From NCBI GenBank assembly GCA_964542285.1, contig CAZIUM010000001.1, positions 2,751 to 66,750 on the forward strand: a stretch of 64,000 nt of DNA, read 5' to 3'. Below are positions 1 through 9,376 of this stretch, piece after piece (the first letter of the stretch is position 1; the number at the start of each line of letters is the position of its first letter). Source of the stretch: an uncultured Lentisphaerales bacterium (GTDB taxonomy: Bacteria > Verrucomicrobiota > Kiritimatiellia > RFP12 > JAAYLN01). Under the pieces are notes generated by a model that did not search any database, was not told where the DNA came from, and worked only from the letters and a program-made list of their open reading frames with translations. The position numbers were made by a program, and so were the translations under genes.

Positions 1-1344
1 CAGCAGGCGGCAGTAGCGGCAATCGTCCCGCAATTGTCCGGTCGACAGGTAGAGGGGAAGATGTTCGTCGAGATGTCGGCGCCAGGCCAGATCGAAACGG
101 CCGGAAGCGCCCCCGGAGGCGGCGTCCACGGGGATCAGCCTCACATCGCGAAAGGCAGGCAAGACCATGCCGTAGGCATCGGGCCGCAAACGACCCTCGT
201 TGCCGCCCGCGGCGGTCTCCAGGTATCCGAAGGGTTTGGCGGCCGCGGTCCAAAGGATGTCGTCGCGCGTCTGGGCGCGTCCCTGCAGGGGGGTCAGCCG
301 TTCCACGGAAGCCATCAGCCGAACCACGGCATCGGCGCCGGTGTAATCGTATTCCGGTTTCACCGGGCCGACGATCGGGAAGGGTTCGTCGCCGCGCGGG
401 TCCATGACGGCCCAGGCGCGCCACTGGCGGCGATCGTAGACATACCAGGTGCTGGCGCATTCCATGGTGTTGGTGCCGAGCGGACCGGCGTCCAGTCCCG
501 CTTGCTGGGCAGCGCCCGTGGCAACCTGGTTGGACGTGGCGATCCGTTCCAGCGGAATCTGCAGGGCCGTGACGCCCAGTCCGAAAATTTCGCTGTCGTG
601 AAAACTGGGGAGATCGGGTGGCGGCATGTCGGGCCACCATTGATACCCGGTGTAATCGTCCAGGATGGTGCGCGGCGGATTGCGGCTGCTGGCGTGGTGC
701 AGCAGGAACCAGCACCAAATGCGGCCGGCGACGGCATCGTAGAAGGCCGGATCGCGCAGGATGTGATAGGCGCTGCCGTCGCCGTAGAAGCGGGCGTTGT
801 CCGGGGCGGCGGCCACGCCGTCATCGGCCGCCGCCAGCAGCATGTCGGAGTACTCCTGCCAGGCGCCGGGATAGGGTTCCGGGTAGGCCGCGGCTCCACC
901 GATCAGGGTATCATAAGCGCTTACAGAGACGGCATGGTCCCGGAGTATGCGGGTGAAGTCGTCGTGGGCGTAGATACGGTTGTTCTTGGCGGCCACCTGC
1001 GCGGCCACCAGGGCGGTCATCGGCCCCGTGAAGCACAGGCGCGCCTGGATGTTGGTGATGGCATCGACCGCGGTCTCGTCGCCGACCCCCAGGGCCAGGG
1101 CATGCATGAGGTTGAGTTCCCCCAGCAGGTTGAGGCTGATGCCCTGCCAGCGCGCGGCGGCGAGGGCCGCGGCGTCACCGGCATTCTGCGACAGTGACTT
1201 GGCCGAAACGATGCGGTGCAAATCCACGTTCCAGAGGAAGACGAACACCAGCACCGTGAGCGCCATCAGCAAAAAAACGACCGTTTGGCCTCGACGTCCC
1301 CGCGACGCGGACGAGCGGCTGACAGGTTGGCGCTTTGTTTGCAT
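1..1344 (-). CDS. TadG-like Flp/Tad pilus assembly protein (partial; the C-terminal part runs off the window start)
   Basis: Minus-strand frame open from the ATG (reverse complement at 1342-1344) to the window edge. It is not in the ORF track because it has no stop inside the window. N-terminus MQTKRQPVSRSSASRGRRGQTVVFLLMALTVLVFVFLW...SLSQNAGDAAALAAARWQG has RRGQ + TM helix + the NAxDAAALAxA motif typical of the TadG/Tad_N family. The start overlaps the stop of the upstream tadE-like gene (ATGA). Confidence 0.55.
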   Translation of the reverse strand, partial: MQTKRQPVSRSSASRGRRGQTVVFLLMALTVLVFVFLWNVDLHRIVSAKSLSQNAGDAAALAAARWQGISLNLLGELNLMHALALGVGDETAVDAITNIQARLCFTGPMTALVAAQVAAKNNRIYAHDDFTRILRDHAVSVSAYDTLIGGAAAYPEPYPGAWQEYSDMLLAAADDGVAAAPDNARFYGDGSAYHILRDPAFYDAVAGRIWCWFLLHHASSRNPPRTILDDYTGYQWWPDMPPPDLPSFHDSEIFGLGVTALQIPLERIATSNQVATGAAQQAGLDAGPLGTNTMECASTWYVYDRRQWRAWAVMDPRGDEPFPIVGPVKPEYDYTGADAVVRLMASVERLTPLQGRAQTRDDILWTAAAKPFGYLETAAGGNEGRLRPDAYGMVLPAFRDVRLIPVDAASGGASGRFDLAWRRHLDEHLPLYLSTGQLRDDCRYCRLL

Positions 1345-2063
1345 CATCGTCCTTCGTCATCGAGATAAAGTGGATAATGACTCTCGATGGAGTAGCGGCC
1401 GCGCAGGCGCAGGCTGCCGTCCTCCAGCGAGGGGGACAGGGCGCCGACCCAGTCGTACAAGGCCCGCACCATGATGTCCAAGGGATAATCCTGGCGCACT
1501 TCGACCTGGTGCAGCGTGCGTGGGGCGCCGGCCATGCCGCCGCCCCCGAGGCCGCTGCCGCGAATGTCGTCCCAGCGTTCGTAGTCCAGCAGTTGAGACG
1601 CCCGGGCGCTGTTTTCGCTGGCCAGGTATTCGGGAATGCGCGCGATTTCGCTACGCACGGGACCCATGCGTGGCGCCGCCGTCAGGCTCCAGTCCCAGAA
1701 TTCACCCGGGGAAAGACGCGCGACGGCCTGGCGCAGGGTGGGATCGGCCGCGCCCCGGCCGGGAATCGACTGGCGCCCGGCGTTGGGAATGGCGGCCGTG
1801 CGCATGACCTTGGTGACCATCCAGCCGTTGAACCCCACCGTCCTGGCACGGGCTGCCCGCGTCGCGGCATGCCGCAGGATTTCACGCGAGGCGAAGGCAT
1901 GCGCAAGCTGCAGCAACCCGAAGAGCAGCAGGCAGATCGCCAGGATGGACACCACGGATTCGATCATGGCCTGCCCGGACACCGAACGAAAAGGGATAAT
2001 CCCGTTCCGAAAAGAAGTTGCATCCCCTTTCCGGAACCCCGTCCCCTTCCGTCCGTGTCTCAT
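1344..2063 (-). CDS. TadE/TadF-like pseudopilin carrying an Flp-type leader and cleavage motif
   Basis: Part of ORF 1344..2186(-). The sequence ...RSVSG/QAMIESVVSILAICLLLFGLLQLAHAFASREILRHAATRAARAR mirrors the G/QxM(I/V)EY processing motif of the two Flp pilins just upstream, followed by a TM helix and a TadE-like basic stretch. Start at 2063 (MRHGRKG...) is chosen to include the leader; 1967 is an alternative. Confidence 0.5.
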   Translation of the reverse strand: MRHGRKGTGFRKGDATSFRNGIIPFRSVSGQAMIESVVSILAICLLLFGLLQLAHAFASREILRHAATRAARARTVGFNGWMVTKVMRTAAIPNAGRQSIPGRGAADPTLRQAVARLSPGEFWDWSLTAAPRMGPVRSEIARIPEYLASENSARASQLLDYERWDDIRGSGLGGGGMAGAPRTLHQVEVRQDYPLDIMVRALYDWVGALSPSLEDGSLRLRGRYSIESHYPLYLDDEGR

Positions 2064-2100
2064 GCCGTCACAACATGAACCCGTGGGAAAGCTCATACGA

Positions 2101-2337
2101 TCAATTGAAATTGCCGTCGGCATCCAGGCGACGAATCCTCTCGGCCGGCTCTTCGTCGCTGAGAGCGGACGCTTCCTGGCCGACATCCTCGTCGAGCGCC
2201 GAGGTGGCGCCGGCCACCTTCTTGCCGGTCGCCTTGCTCAGCTTTCCGAACAGCACCAGCAAGGTGATGGCGATCAGCACCACGATGATGATGTATTCGA
2301 CCATCGTCTGGCCGCGGCGGTTTCGAATGAATTTCAT
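2101..2337 (-). CDS. flp: Flp family type IVb pilin
   Basis: MKFIRNRRGQTMVEYIIIVVLIAITLLVLFGKLSKATGKKVAGATSALDED... The canonical Flp motif (RRGQ-TMVEY then a hydrophobic helix) lies inside ORF 2101..2427(-); the internal ATG is at 2337. Confidence 0.8.
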   Translation of the reverse strand: MKFIRNRRGQTMVEYIIIVVLIAITLLVLFGKLSKATGKKVAGATSALDEDVGQEASALSDEEPAERIRRLDADGNFN

Positions 2338-2368
2338 GGCATATCCTGTTTTTACGACCGTTGTTTCC

Positions 2369-2545
2369 TCAGGGGCTGTCCGAGGCAACCAGTTCCAGCA
2401 CACGGGCGGATTGTTGCCGCAACGCATGCAGCATCAACGCGCACAGGGCCACGGTCGTCAGCAAGAGCCCCGCGACAACGATGTATTCGATCATTGCCTG
2501 ACCCCGCCGTCGCCCGCTGCCGCGCCGTTGCATAATACCCTTCAT
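2369..2545 (-). CDS. flp: Flp family pilin (second copy)
   Basis: MKGIMQRRGSGRRRGQAMIEYIVVAGLLLTTVALCALM... Flp motif G/QAMIEY; alternative start at 2551 (MSMKG). Confidence 0.75.
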   Translation of the reverse strand: MKGIMQRRGSGRRRGQAMIEYIVVAGLLLTTVALCALMLHALRQQSARVLELVASDSP

Positions 2546-2769
2546 CGACATTGCCTCGTATCCTATATTAACGCGGTGAAAACGACAATATTTCATTTTG
2601 CGCTACTGAATTCATCCCTGCATCGACAACGAAACATCGGAAACAGCCCTTGAGAATGGAGACCTGCATCCGACGCAACAACAAGTTGCCAGTTGGACGC
2701 GGTTTCTGGCAAAATGATTTCGCGCATAGGTTGCGCCTTGGGTAACCATTCAATTTGGAGACGTTACAA

Positions 2770-3435
2770 GTGAACAAGTTGCGATGTTTCGCTGGGATGT
2801 TGGCGGTGGTCTTCCCGACGCTGATGCTGTCGTTGATGACGGGGTGCGAAGAAGACCCGTATCTGGTGACGGTGGCGGGGCATGATTTCGGGGCCATGGA
2901 TCCCGCGCGTTGTGCCGCCCTCGGGGACAGCATCACCATCGGATATGGCGATGCGGGGGTTCCCTGGCCGGCGCGTCTGGCGTCGCAACTGGGGTGCCGC
3001 ATCGACAATTACGGGGTCGGCGGCATGACTTCGGCCGGCGGCGTGGATATGATCGATGGGGTGCTGCGGTCGGGGCCGGGGTTTGTGCTGATTCAATATG
3101 GTGCCAACGACGCCATCCATGGCCGCTCGACCGATGCGCTGCGCGCCAACCTGGACGTGATGGTAAGCAAAATCCGTGCGAGCCACGCCATTCCCCTCGT
3201 GGCCAATGTTTCGCCCATGACGGACGGTCATTCCCTCTTCGCCGGTGCGGCCCGGGCCATGAATCGCGCCATCGCGGATTTCTGTGACTCCGAAGGCGTG
3301 GTCATGGTGGACGTGGCAAGCGAATTCGGCAGCGGCGACGGGCTGTTGCAGCCGGATGGCTTGCATCCGAACGCCTCGGGGCAACAGACGATCGCGGATT
3401 TGTTTTACCGGCATTTGCGGCATGCCTTCCCGTAA
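2770..3435 (+). CDS. SGNH/GDSL hydrolase family lipoprotein
   Basis: GDS block (ALGDSITIGYGD) and DxxH block (DGLHPN). Lipoprotein-type signal ...MLSLMTGC. Start ambiguous (TTG 2755, GTG 2770, ATG 2797). Confidence 0.75.
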   Translation: MNKLRCFAGMLAVVFPTLMLSLMTGCEEDPYLVTVAGHDFGAMDPARCAALGDSITIGYGDAGVPWPARLASQLGCRIDNYGVGGMTSAGGVDMIDGVLRSGPGFVLIQYGANDAIHGRSTDALRANLDVMVSKIRASHAIPLVANVSPMTDGHSLFAGAARAMNRAIADFCDSEGVVMVDVASEFGSGDGLLQPDGLHPNASGQQTIADLFYRHLRHAFP

Positions 3436-4210
3436 GCATCCCTCGCCTTCCGGAAAGAATTTCCGGCTCTGGCGCGAGGCCTACCAGTGTGTGCTGGTCC
3501 TGGATCGCGACTGGGACGAGCCCGTCCGCCGTCAGCGCGCCCTGACGGCCTGTCGTGACTGGCTGACGCATCCCCAGGCCGATCTCCACTTGGCCGCGCT
3601 GGCCCGATTGATCAAACCCGGCATGACCCGGCGCGATTTCGAAGCGCTCCGGGTGCCCCTGGAGCGTGTCGCGAACCGGCGGAGGGTGACGGACGCCCAG
3701 ATTCTGGACCGGGATCTCGAGGCCCCTCCGGCCGCGCCGGAGCCGATGCCCCTGATCCTGGTGGCGGACTGCCTGCGTTCGGCTTTCAACCTGGGGGGAT
3801 TGTTGCGCACGGTCGAATGCATGGGCGCGGCCTCCTTGTGGATGTGCGGGTACTGCGCCGGTCCGGACCACCCGCGGGTGCGCGAAACGGCCCTGGGATG
3901 CGAAACCCTGGTGCCGACCCGCCGGTTCGATCGGCTGGTCGATGCCATCGGGGAACTGCGCACGATGGACTATTCCGTCGTGGCCCTGGAAACCGCCGTC
4001 AACGCCGTCCCCCTGCAAAAACACGCCTGGCGGTTTCCCTGCGCCTTGCTGGTGGGCAACGAGCGCTTCGGCCTGGATACCGCCACCCTCAAGGCGGCGG
4101 ACGACGTGGTGCGGATTCCCATGTTCGGACGCAAAAATTCGCTGAATGTTGTCAGCGCGACCGCCATCGCGTTGCAGACCGCTCGCCTGGCCTTTGGCGC
4201 GAAACGCTGA
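3422..4210 (+). CDS. SpoU/TrmH family RNA 2-prime-O-methyltransferase
   Basis: LILVADCLRSAFNLGGLLRTVECMGAASLWMCGY... and the C-terminal SpoU knot region (LLVGNERFGLD...NSLNVVSATAIAL). The ATG at 3422 overlaps the previous stop by 14 nt. Confidence 0.75.
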   Translation: MPSRKHPSPSGKNFRLWREAYQCVLVLDRDWDEPVRRQRALTACRDWLTHPQADLHLAALARLIKPGMTRRDFEALRVPLERVANRRRVTDAQILDRDLEAPPAAPEPMPLILVADCLRSAFNLGGLLRTVECMGAASLWMCGYCAGPDHPRVRETALGCETLVPTRRFDRLVDAIGELRTMDYSVVALETAVNAVPLQKHAWRFPCALLVGNERFGLDTATLKAADDVVRIPMFGRKNSLNVVSATAIALQTARLAFGAKR

Positions 4211-4222
4211 GGACGGCTTCCG

Positions 4223-5815
4223 TCACCTTCGTCCGGGCAGTACCGTGTCTTTGGCTTCGGGCAGGCGGTCGGGGTAGTCGAGCGTGTAGTGCAGTCCGCG
4301 ACTTTCGCGCCGCTGGTGGGCCGAGCGGACGATCAATTCGGCCACGTCGGCGATGTTGCGCAGGTCGAGCGTGTCGGCGGTGACCAGGTATTCGAAATAG
4401 TATTGGCGGATTTCGTGACGGATGTTGCGGATGCGGCGAAAGGCACGATCCAGGCGCTTGGCGGAACGTACGATGCCGACATAGTCCCACATGCAGGTGC
4501 GCACCTCGTTCCAGTTGTGGGCCACCACGACCTCCTCGTCGCTGGGTACGGCATTGCCGCTTTCCCAGTCGGGAATCGCCTGGCTGGTGTTGTCGCGTCG
4601 CGGTTCCCCGGCCAGGCTGACGGCCATGGCTTCGGCGCAGACGAGCGCTTCCAGCAGCGAGTTGCTGGCCAATCGGTTGGCGCCGTGCAGTCCGGTGCAG
4701 GCCACTTCGCCCACCGCGCGTAGACCGTCGAGACTGGTTCGTCCCTCCACCGTGGCGCGGAGGCCCCCGCAGCAGTAATGGGCGGCAGGCACCACCGGAA
4801 TCAGATCGGTCGCCATGTCGATTCCGAAATCGAGGCATTTCTGGTAGATGTTGGGAAAGCGCTGTTGCAAAAAGCGGCGTGACTTGTGGCGAATGTCCAG
4901 GTAGCCGCAGGGGGCGGCCGTGCGTTTCATCTCGCTGTCGAGGGCCCGCGCCACGATGTCGCGCGGCGCCAGCGAGCCGCGCTCGTCATAGCGCGACATG
5001 AAGGGGCGGCCTTCCCGGTCCACCAGTTCGGCGCCCTCGCCCCGCACCGCTTCGCTGATCAGGAAGTTTTTGGCCTGGGGATGGTAAAGACAGGTGGGGT
5101 GGAACTGGATGAACTCCATGTTCGCAATCGACGCGCCGGCGCGCCAGCCAATGGCCACGCCGTCGCCGGTGGCGATGTCCGGGTTGCTGGTGTAGAGATA
5201 AACCTTGCCGCAGCCGCCGGTGGCCAGAATGGTCCAGGAGGCACGTACGGCAAAAATGCCGCCGTTGGCGGGGTCGAGCACATAGGCCCCCAGGCAGCGG
5301 TTGGGGCCGTTTTTTCCTAGACGCCGCGTGGTCACCAGGTCGATCAGCCGGGCGTGCTCCATGATGGCGATCGATGCGTTCTGCTGGGCATGACGCAGAA
5401 GAACGGCCTCCACGCTGTGCCCGGTGATGTCGCCTACGTGGAGTACGCGTCGGTGGCTGTGCCCGCCTTCGCGTCCCAGATCGTAGGTCGATTCGCGTCC
5501 GTCGGCATGGTTGAAATCCACGCCCAGCCGCTCCAGCTCCGCGATTCGTTCCGGCCCCTTTTCGACAATGTGACGCACTACGGCTTCATTGCATAGGCCG
5601 GCCCCCGCGTCGAGCGTGTCTTCGACATGCTTTTCGAAGCTGTCGCCCGGCTCCATGACGCAGGCGATGCCGCCCTGGGCATAGTTGCTGTTGCTTTCAG
5701 CGGAATCCTTCTTGGTGATCAGCAGTACCTTGCCATGGGGCGCCAGATGCAAGGCGCTCATTAATCCGGCAATGCCGCTGCCGGCAACCAGGAAATCGCA
5801 ATCCAGAATTTTCAT
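4223..5815 (-). CDS. nadB: L-aspartate oxidase
   Basis: MKILDCDFLVAGSGIAGLMSALHLA... FAD dinucleotide fold, then RLASNSLLEALV and RESRGLHYTLDYP, typical of NadB/succinate-dehydrogenase flavoprotein. 530 aa. The upstream 344 codons of ORF 4223..6847 are antisense to argC. Confidence 0.9.
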   Translation of the reverse strand: MKILDCDFLVAGSGIAGLMSALHLAPHGKVLLITKKDSAESNSNYAQGGIACVMEPGDSFEKHVEDTLDAGAGLCNEAVVRHIVEKGPERIAELERLGVDFNHADGRESTYDLGREGGHSHRRVLHVGDITGHSVEAVLLRHAQQNASIAIMEHARLIDLVTTRRLGKNGPNRCLGAYVLDPANGGIFAVRASWTILATGGCGKVYLYTSNPDIATGDGVAIGWRAGASIANMEFIQFHPTCLYHPQAKNFLISEAVRGEGAELVDREGRPFMSRYDERGSLAPRDIVARALDSEMKRTAAPCGYLDIRHKSRRFLQQRFPNIYQKCLDFGIDMATDLIPVVPAAHYCCGGLRATVEGRTSLDGLRAVGEVACTGLHGANRLASNSLLEALVCAEAMAVSLAGEPRRDNTSQAIPDWESGNAVPSDEEVVVAHNWNEVRTCMWDYVGIVRSAKRLDRAFRRIRNIRHEIRQYYFEYLVTADTLDLRNIADVAELIVRSAHQRRESRGLHYTLDYPDRLPEAKDTVLPGRR

Positions 5816-5899
5816 TACGGCCTTTCTTGACACTCGTGCGGTTCGAGGCGATAGTAACACACTGTTGTTTATGAGATGCAAGAAGGAGTTTTCCATAAA

Positions 5900-6955
5900 A
5901 TGATTCGAGCCAAAATTATCGGAGCCACGGGGTACGGCGGGGTCGGCATTCTCGAGCTGCTGCTGCAACACCCGGAAGTCCGGATCGCCACCCTCGTGGC
6001 CCGCGAGGCCGTCGGGCAAACCATCGACCAGGTATATCCGCATCTGGCCGGATTCTGCTCGCTTCCGATCCTGGCGTCCGATGATCCGCGTGCCCAGGAG
6101 CCCGCCGATGTGGTCTTCTGCGCTACCCCCGATGGCGTCGGCATGACGATGGCCGACGAGATCGTGGGCCAAAAAGCCCGCTTGATCGACTACAGCGGCG
6201 ACTTCCGGTTTGAATCGGCCGAGGACTATGCCGATTACGCCGGACGAATCGGGCGCGATCCCCGTCACGCGGCGCCGCATCTCCTGGGAAGCAACGTGTA
6301 TGGCCTGGCCGAACTGCATCGCGAAAAACTTTCCGGCGCCCGCATCGTGGGCAATCCCGGCTGTTTTGCCGTCAGTTGCATCCTGGGGCTGGCGCCGGCG
6401 GTCCAGGCCGGCCTGCCAAGTCCGGACAGCCTGATCTGCGACGGCATCACCGGGGTTTCGGGAGCCGGGAAAAAGGTCAACCCCGGGTTTCATTTTCCCG
6501 CCCGCTACGAACAGATGAACGCCTACAAGTTGGCCGGGCATCAGCATGTGTGCGAAGTCGAACACCAGCTCAGCCACCTGGCCGGCGATCCCGTGCGGGT
6601 CACCTTCACTGCGCACGTGGCACCGGTTTGCCGCGGCATCATGTCGACCTTGTACGGCACCTTGACCCAGGATGTGAAGGAAGAGGAACTGCTGGCGGTT
6701 TATCGCGATTTTTACCGCGACAGCCCCTTTGTGCGCTGTTTTGACAGCCGGACCCCCATGGGAACGCACCAGGTGCGAGGCACCAATTTCTGCAACCTCA
6801 CCATCAGCGTGGACCCGCGCTGCCGACGCATGCGGGTTGTTTCGCATATCGATAACCTCATGAAGGGGCAGGCCGGTTCGGCGCTGCAGAACCTGAATCT
6901 GATGTTTGGGTTTCCGGAAACCGCCGGCCTGTGGCGACCGGGGGCCTATCCCTGA
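5900..6955 (+). CDS. argC: N-acetyl-gamma-glutamyl-phosphate reductase
   Basis: MIRAKIIGATGYGGVGILELL... NAD-binding N-terminus; GNPGCFAVSCILGLAP (active-site Cys); semialdehyde dehydrogenase family. Confidence 0.9.
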   Translation: MIRAKIIGATGYGGVGILELLLQHPEVRIATLVAREAVGQTIDQVYPHLAGFCSLPILASDDPRAQEPADVVFCATPDGVGMTMADEIVGQKARLIDYSGDFRFESAEDYADYAGRIGRDPRHAAPHLLGSNVYGLAELHREKLSGARIVGNPGCFAVSCILGLAPAVQAGLPSPDSLICDGITGVSGAGKKVNPGFHFPARYEQMNAYKLAGHQHVCEVEHQLSHLAGDPVRVTFTAHVAPVCRGIMSTLYGTLTQDVKEEELLAVYRDFYRDSPFVRCFDSRTPMGTHQVRGTNFCNLTISVDPRCRRMRVVSHIDNLMKGQAGSALQNLNLMFGFPETAGLWRPGAYP

Positions 6956-7005
6956 GGATCCGTCTTAGCCATTGTGTCGCAGTCGTCGCTGGAGAACGGT
7001 TGACC

Positions 7006-8010
7006 ATGAATACGCGAGCCAAAAAAAGTGCCAAAAAAAAGCAACCTGTTCGTCCGACGGGTCGGGCGCGCCCGGGATTGGGCCGCGGCCTGGGAGCCCT
7101 GATCGGCGCCCAGGAGGTTCGTCCCGACGCCCCCCCGGCGCCGACGACCCCCGTGCCGCGCGCCTCCGAGCCGGCGGTCGGGCCGGCTTCCGGGGCCGGA
7201 ACGATCAAGGTCTCGGTGACCGACATTCATCGCAGTCCCTGGCAGCCGCGCCGCGTCTTCGATGCCAATGCCCTGGTCGAGTTGACGGAATCGATCAAGG
7301 CGCATGGCGTGATTCAACCCCTGATCTGCCGACGTCGCCCCGACCGCAAGGGCTACGAATTGATTGCCGGCGAACGGCGCTTGCGCGCCGCCGCCGATGC
7401 CGGATTCAAGGAAGTGCCGGTGCTGATCATCGAGGCCGCCGATCGGGATGCCGCCGAGATGGCCATCATCGAGAACATTCAGCGCGAGGACCTCAATGTG
7501 ATTGAAGAGGCCGAGGGGTATCGTTCGCTGTGCGATGGCTTCGGATTGACCCAGCAGGAAGTGTCGGAGCGGGTCGGCAAGGCGCGCGCCAGTGTCGCCA
7601 ATGCCATGCGCCTGCTGGAACTGCCCGACGAAGTCAAGCAGTTGTTGAGTTCCGCCATGCTTTCGACCGGCCACGCCAAGGTTCTTTTGTCGTTGTCGGA
7701 CGAAAAGGAGCAGATCATGCTGGCGCGGCGCTGTGTCACGGAGGGGCAGACCGTGCGGGCCCTGGAACGCGCCATTCAACGGCGACAAACCGAGCGCGAA
7801 CGCGAAGACACCCGCAAGCCCGACGTGCCCGAAGACCACCTGCGCTACCTGCTTGACCGTTTGCATGCGCGCTTCGGGACCCAGGTGCGCCTGCAGCCCA
7901 GCGTAACTCACGCCAACGGCAAACGTACCAAGGGATCGCTTGAAATCGACTTTTATGACAATGACGATCTCACGCGACTGCTGGGGATGCTGGGGATCGA
8001 GGTGGAGTGA
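7006..8010 (+). CDS. parB: ParB/Spo0J chromosome partitioning protein
   Basis: GLGRGLGALI ParB box, the IAGERRLRAA arginine patch, an HTH region, and a C-terminal dimerisation segment (SLEIDFYDNDDLTRLLGMLG). Confidence 0.85.
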   Translation: MNTRAKKSAKKKQPVRPTGRARPGLGRGLGALIGAQEVRPDAPPAPTTPVPRASEPAVGPASGAGTIKVSVTDIHRSPWQPRRVFDANALVELTESIKAHGVIQPLICRRRPDRKGYELIAGERRLRAAADAGFKEVPVLIIEAADRDAAEMAIIENIQREDLNVIEEAEGYRSLCDGFGLTQQEVSERVGKARASVANAMRLLELPDEVKQLLSSAMLSTGHAKVLLSLSDEKEQIMLARRCVTEGQTVRALERAIQRRQTEREREDTRKPDVPEDHLRYLLDRLHARFGTQVRLQPSVTHANGKRTKGSLEIDFYDNDDLTRLLGMLGIEVE

Positions 8011-8948
8011 TGGGGGGGCGGCTTCTGCTGGCGGCGACCTGGATGCTGGCGGCGGCGGTGACGGGCGTCGGCTGCCGGCGCGCGCCGCCGCCGCAAGCGG
8101 TGGGCCCGGTTTACCTGGCCCCTGAATTCGGCAGCAATGCCCTGGAGCGGGTCGAACGCCTGCTGGCGCTCGGTCCGCGTGACGCCGGCACTCCCGGCGC
8201 CGAAAAAGCCGCACAATGGATCGCCGCCGAGTTGCGCGCAAGCGGGCTGGCGCCCCAGGTCGAGCGATTTGTGGATCGCACGCCGGACGGCCCACGTCCC
8301 TTCCATAACGTTCTGGCCGAACTGCCGGGAACCGAGACGGGGTATTTTCTTCTCATGTCGCATTACGACACCAAAATCGGCATGGCCCCGGGCTTTACCG
8401 GCGCCAATGACGGCGGCTCCTCGACCGGACTGTTGCTGGAACTGGCGGCCCTGATGACCCAAACGGCTCCCGTCAGGGGCCCGGGATTCCTGTTCGCCTT
8501 TCTGGATGGGGAAGAATGCCGCCATGCCTACGGACCCGACGACGGTCTGCACGGCAGCCGCCGGCTGGCGCGGCAATTGCGTGAACGCCACACGCCGGTC
8601 AAGGCCGTCATCCTGTTGGACATGGTGGGCGATGCGGACCTGACCCTGACCGTGCCGCGCAACGGCACCCCGGAACTCAAGCTCCTGCTGCTGGATGCCG
8701 CCGCCGCCCAGGACTGCCGTGACAAGGTCAGGGTACTGGACCATGCCATCCTCGACGATCATCAGCCCTTTCTCGCGGCCGGATTTCCGGCCATTAACCT
8801 GATCGATTTCGAATATGGCCGCCGTCCGGGGGCCAACGATTACTGGCATACCGCCGAGGATACATTTGATAAACTGAGTGCCGAATCTCTGCGACAGGTC
8901 GGCGCGCTGACGCTGGAGATGGTTTCCCGCCTGCGCCGCGATCGATGA
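8010..8948 (+). CDS. M28 family metallopeptidase (aminopeptidase/glutaminyl-cyclase-like) lipoprotein
   Basis: Signal peptide with lipobox (AAVTGVGC); M28 metal-ligand blocks (LLMSHYDT, GANDGGSSTGLLLELA, FLDGEE...H). Overlaps the parB stop. Confidence 0.7.
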   Translation: MGGRLLLAATWMLAAAVTGVGCRRAPPPQAVGPVYLAPEFGSNALERVERLLALGPRDAGTPGAEKAAQWIAAELRASGLAPQVERFVDRTPDGPRPFHNVLAELPGTETGYFLLMSHYDTKIGMAPGFTGANDGGSSTGLLLELAALMTQTAPVRGPGFLFAFLDGEECRHAYGPDDGLHGSRRLARQLRERHTPVKAVILLDMVGDADLTLTVPRNGTPELKLLLLDAAAAQDCRDKVRVLDHAILDDHQPFLAAGFPAINLIDFEYGRRPGANDYWHTAEDTFDKLSAESLRQVGALTLEMVSRLRRDR

Positions 8949-8962
8949 AGGAGTGAAGCCAC

Positions 8963-9376
8963 ATGACCGATCCGAACTGCATCTTCTGCAAAATTATCGC
9001 GCGCGAACAACCGGCCTGCGTACTGGGCGAGGACGAACATGCCCTGGCTTTTCTGGATATCGCGCCCTTCGAAAAAGGTCATGCGCTGGTGATTCCGAAA
9101 TTCCATGCCGAGCGTTTGACCGACCTTCCGCTGGAATGGCTTCAGCGTTGCATGCCGCTGCTGAAGAAAACGGCGGAGATGCTGGTGCGGGGAATGCCCT
9201 GTGACGGCTTCAACGTCTTGCAGTCCAACGGCCGTTGCGCCACCCAGGTGGTGCCCCATGTTCACTTTCACGTCATTCCGCGCTGGGAAGGCCGTCCGAT
9301 GACCTGGAAGGGGGGCGCCTACGAAAGCATGGAGGAAATGCGGCAACTGGCCAGACGTCTGCGAGGCCCGGCATGA
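8963..9376 (+). CDS. HIT family (histidine triad) hydrolase
   Basis: CIFCKII...HALVIPK...HVHFHVIPR histidine triad motif. Confidence 0.85.
   Translation: MTDPNCIFCKIIAREQPACVLGEDEHALAFLDIAPFEKGHALVIPKFHAERLTDLPLEWLQRCMPLLKKTAEMLVRGMPCDGFNVLQSNGRCATQVVPHVHFHVIPRWEGRPMTWKGGAYESMEEMRQLARRLRGPA

Noticed and set aside
34-1197. 387-aa plus-strand ORF at the left edge
   Set aside because: Gly/Arg/Val-rich composition typical of the antisense frame of a high-GC gene; it lies opposite the TadG-like gene whose N-terminus has a clear family signature.
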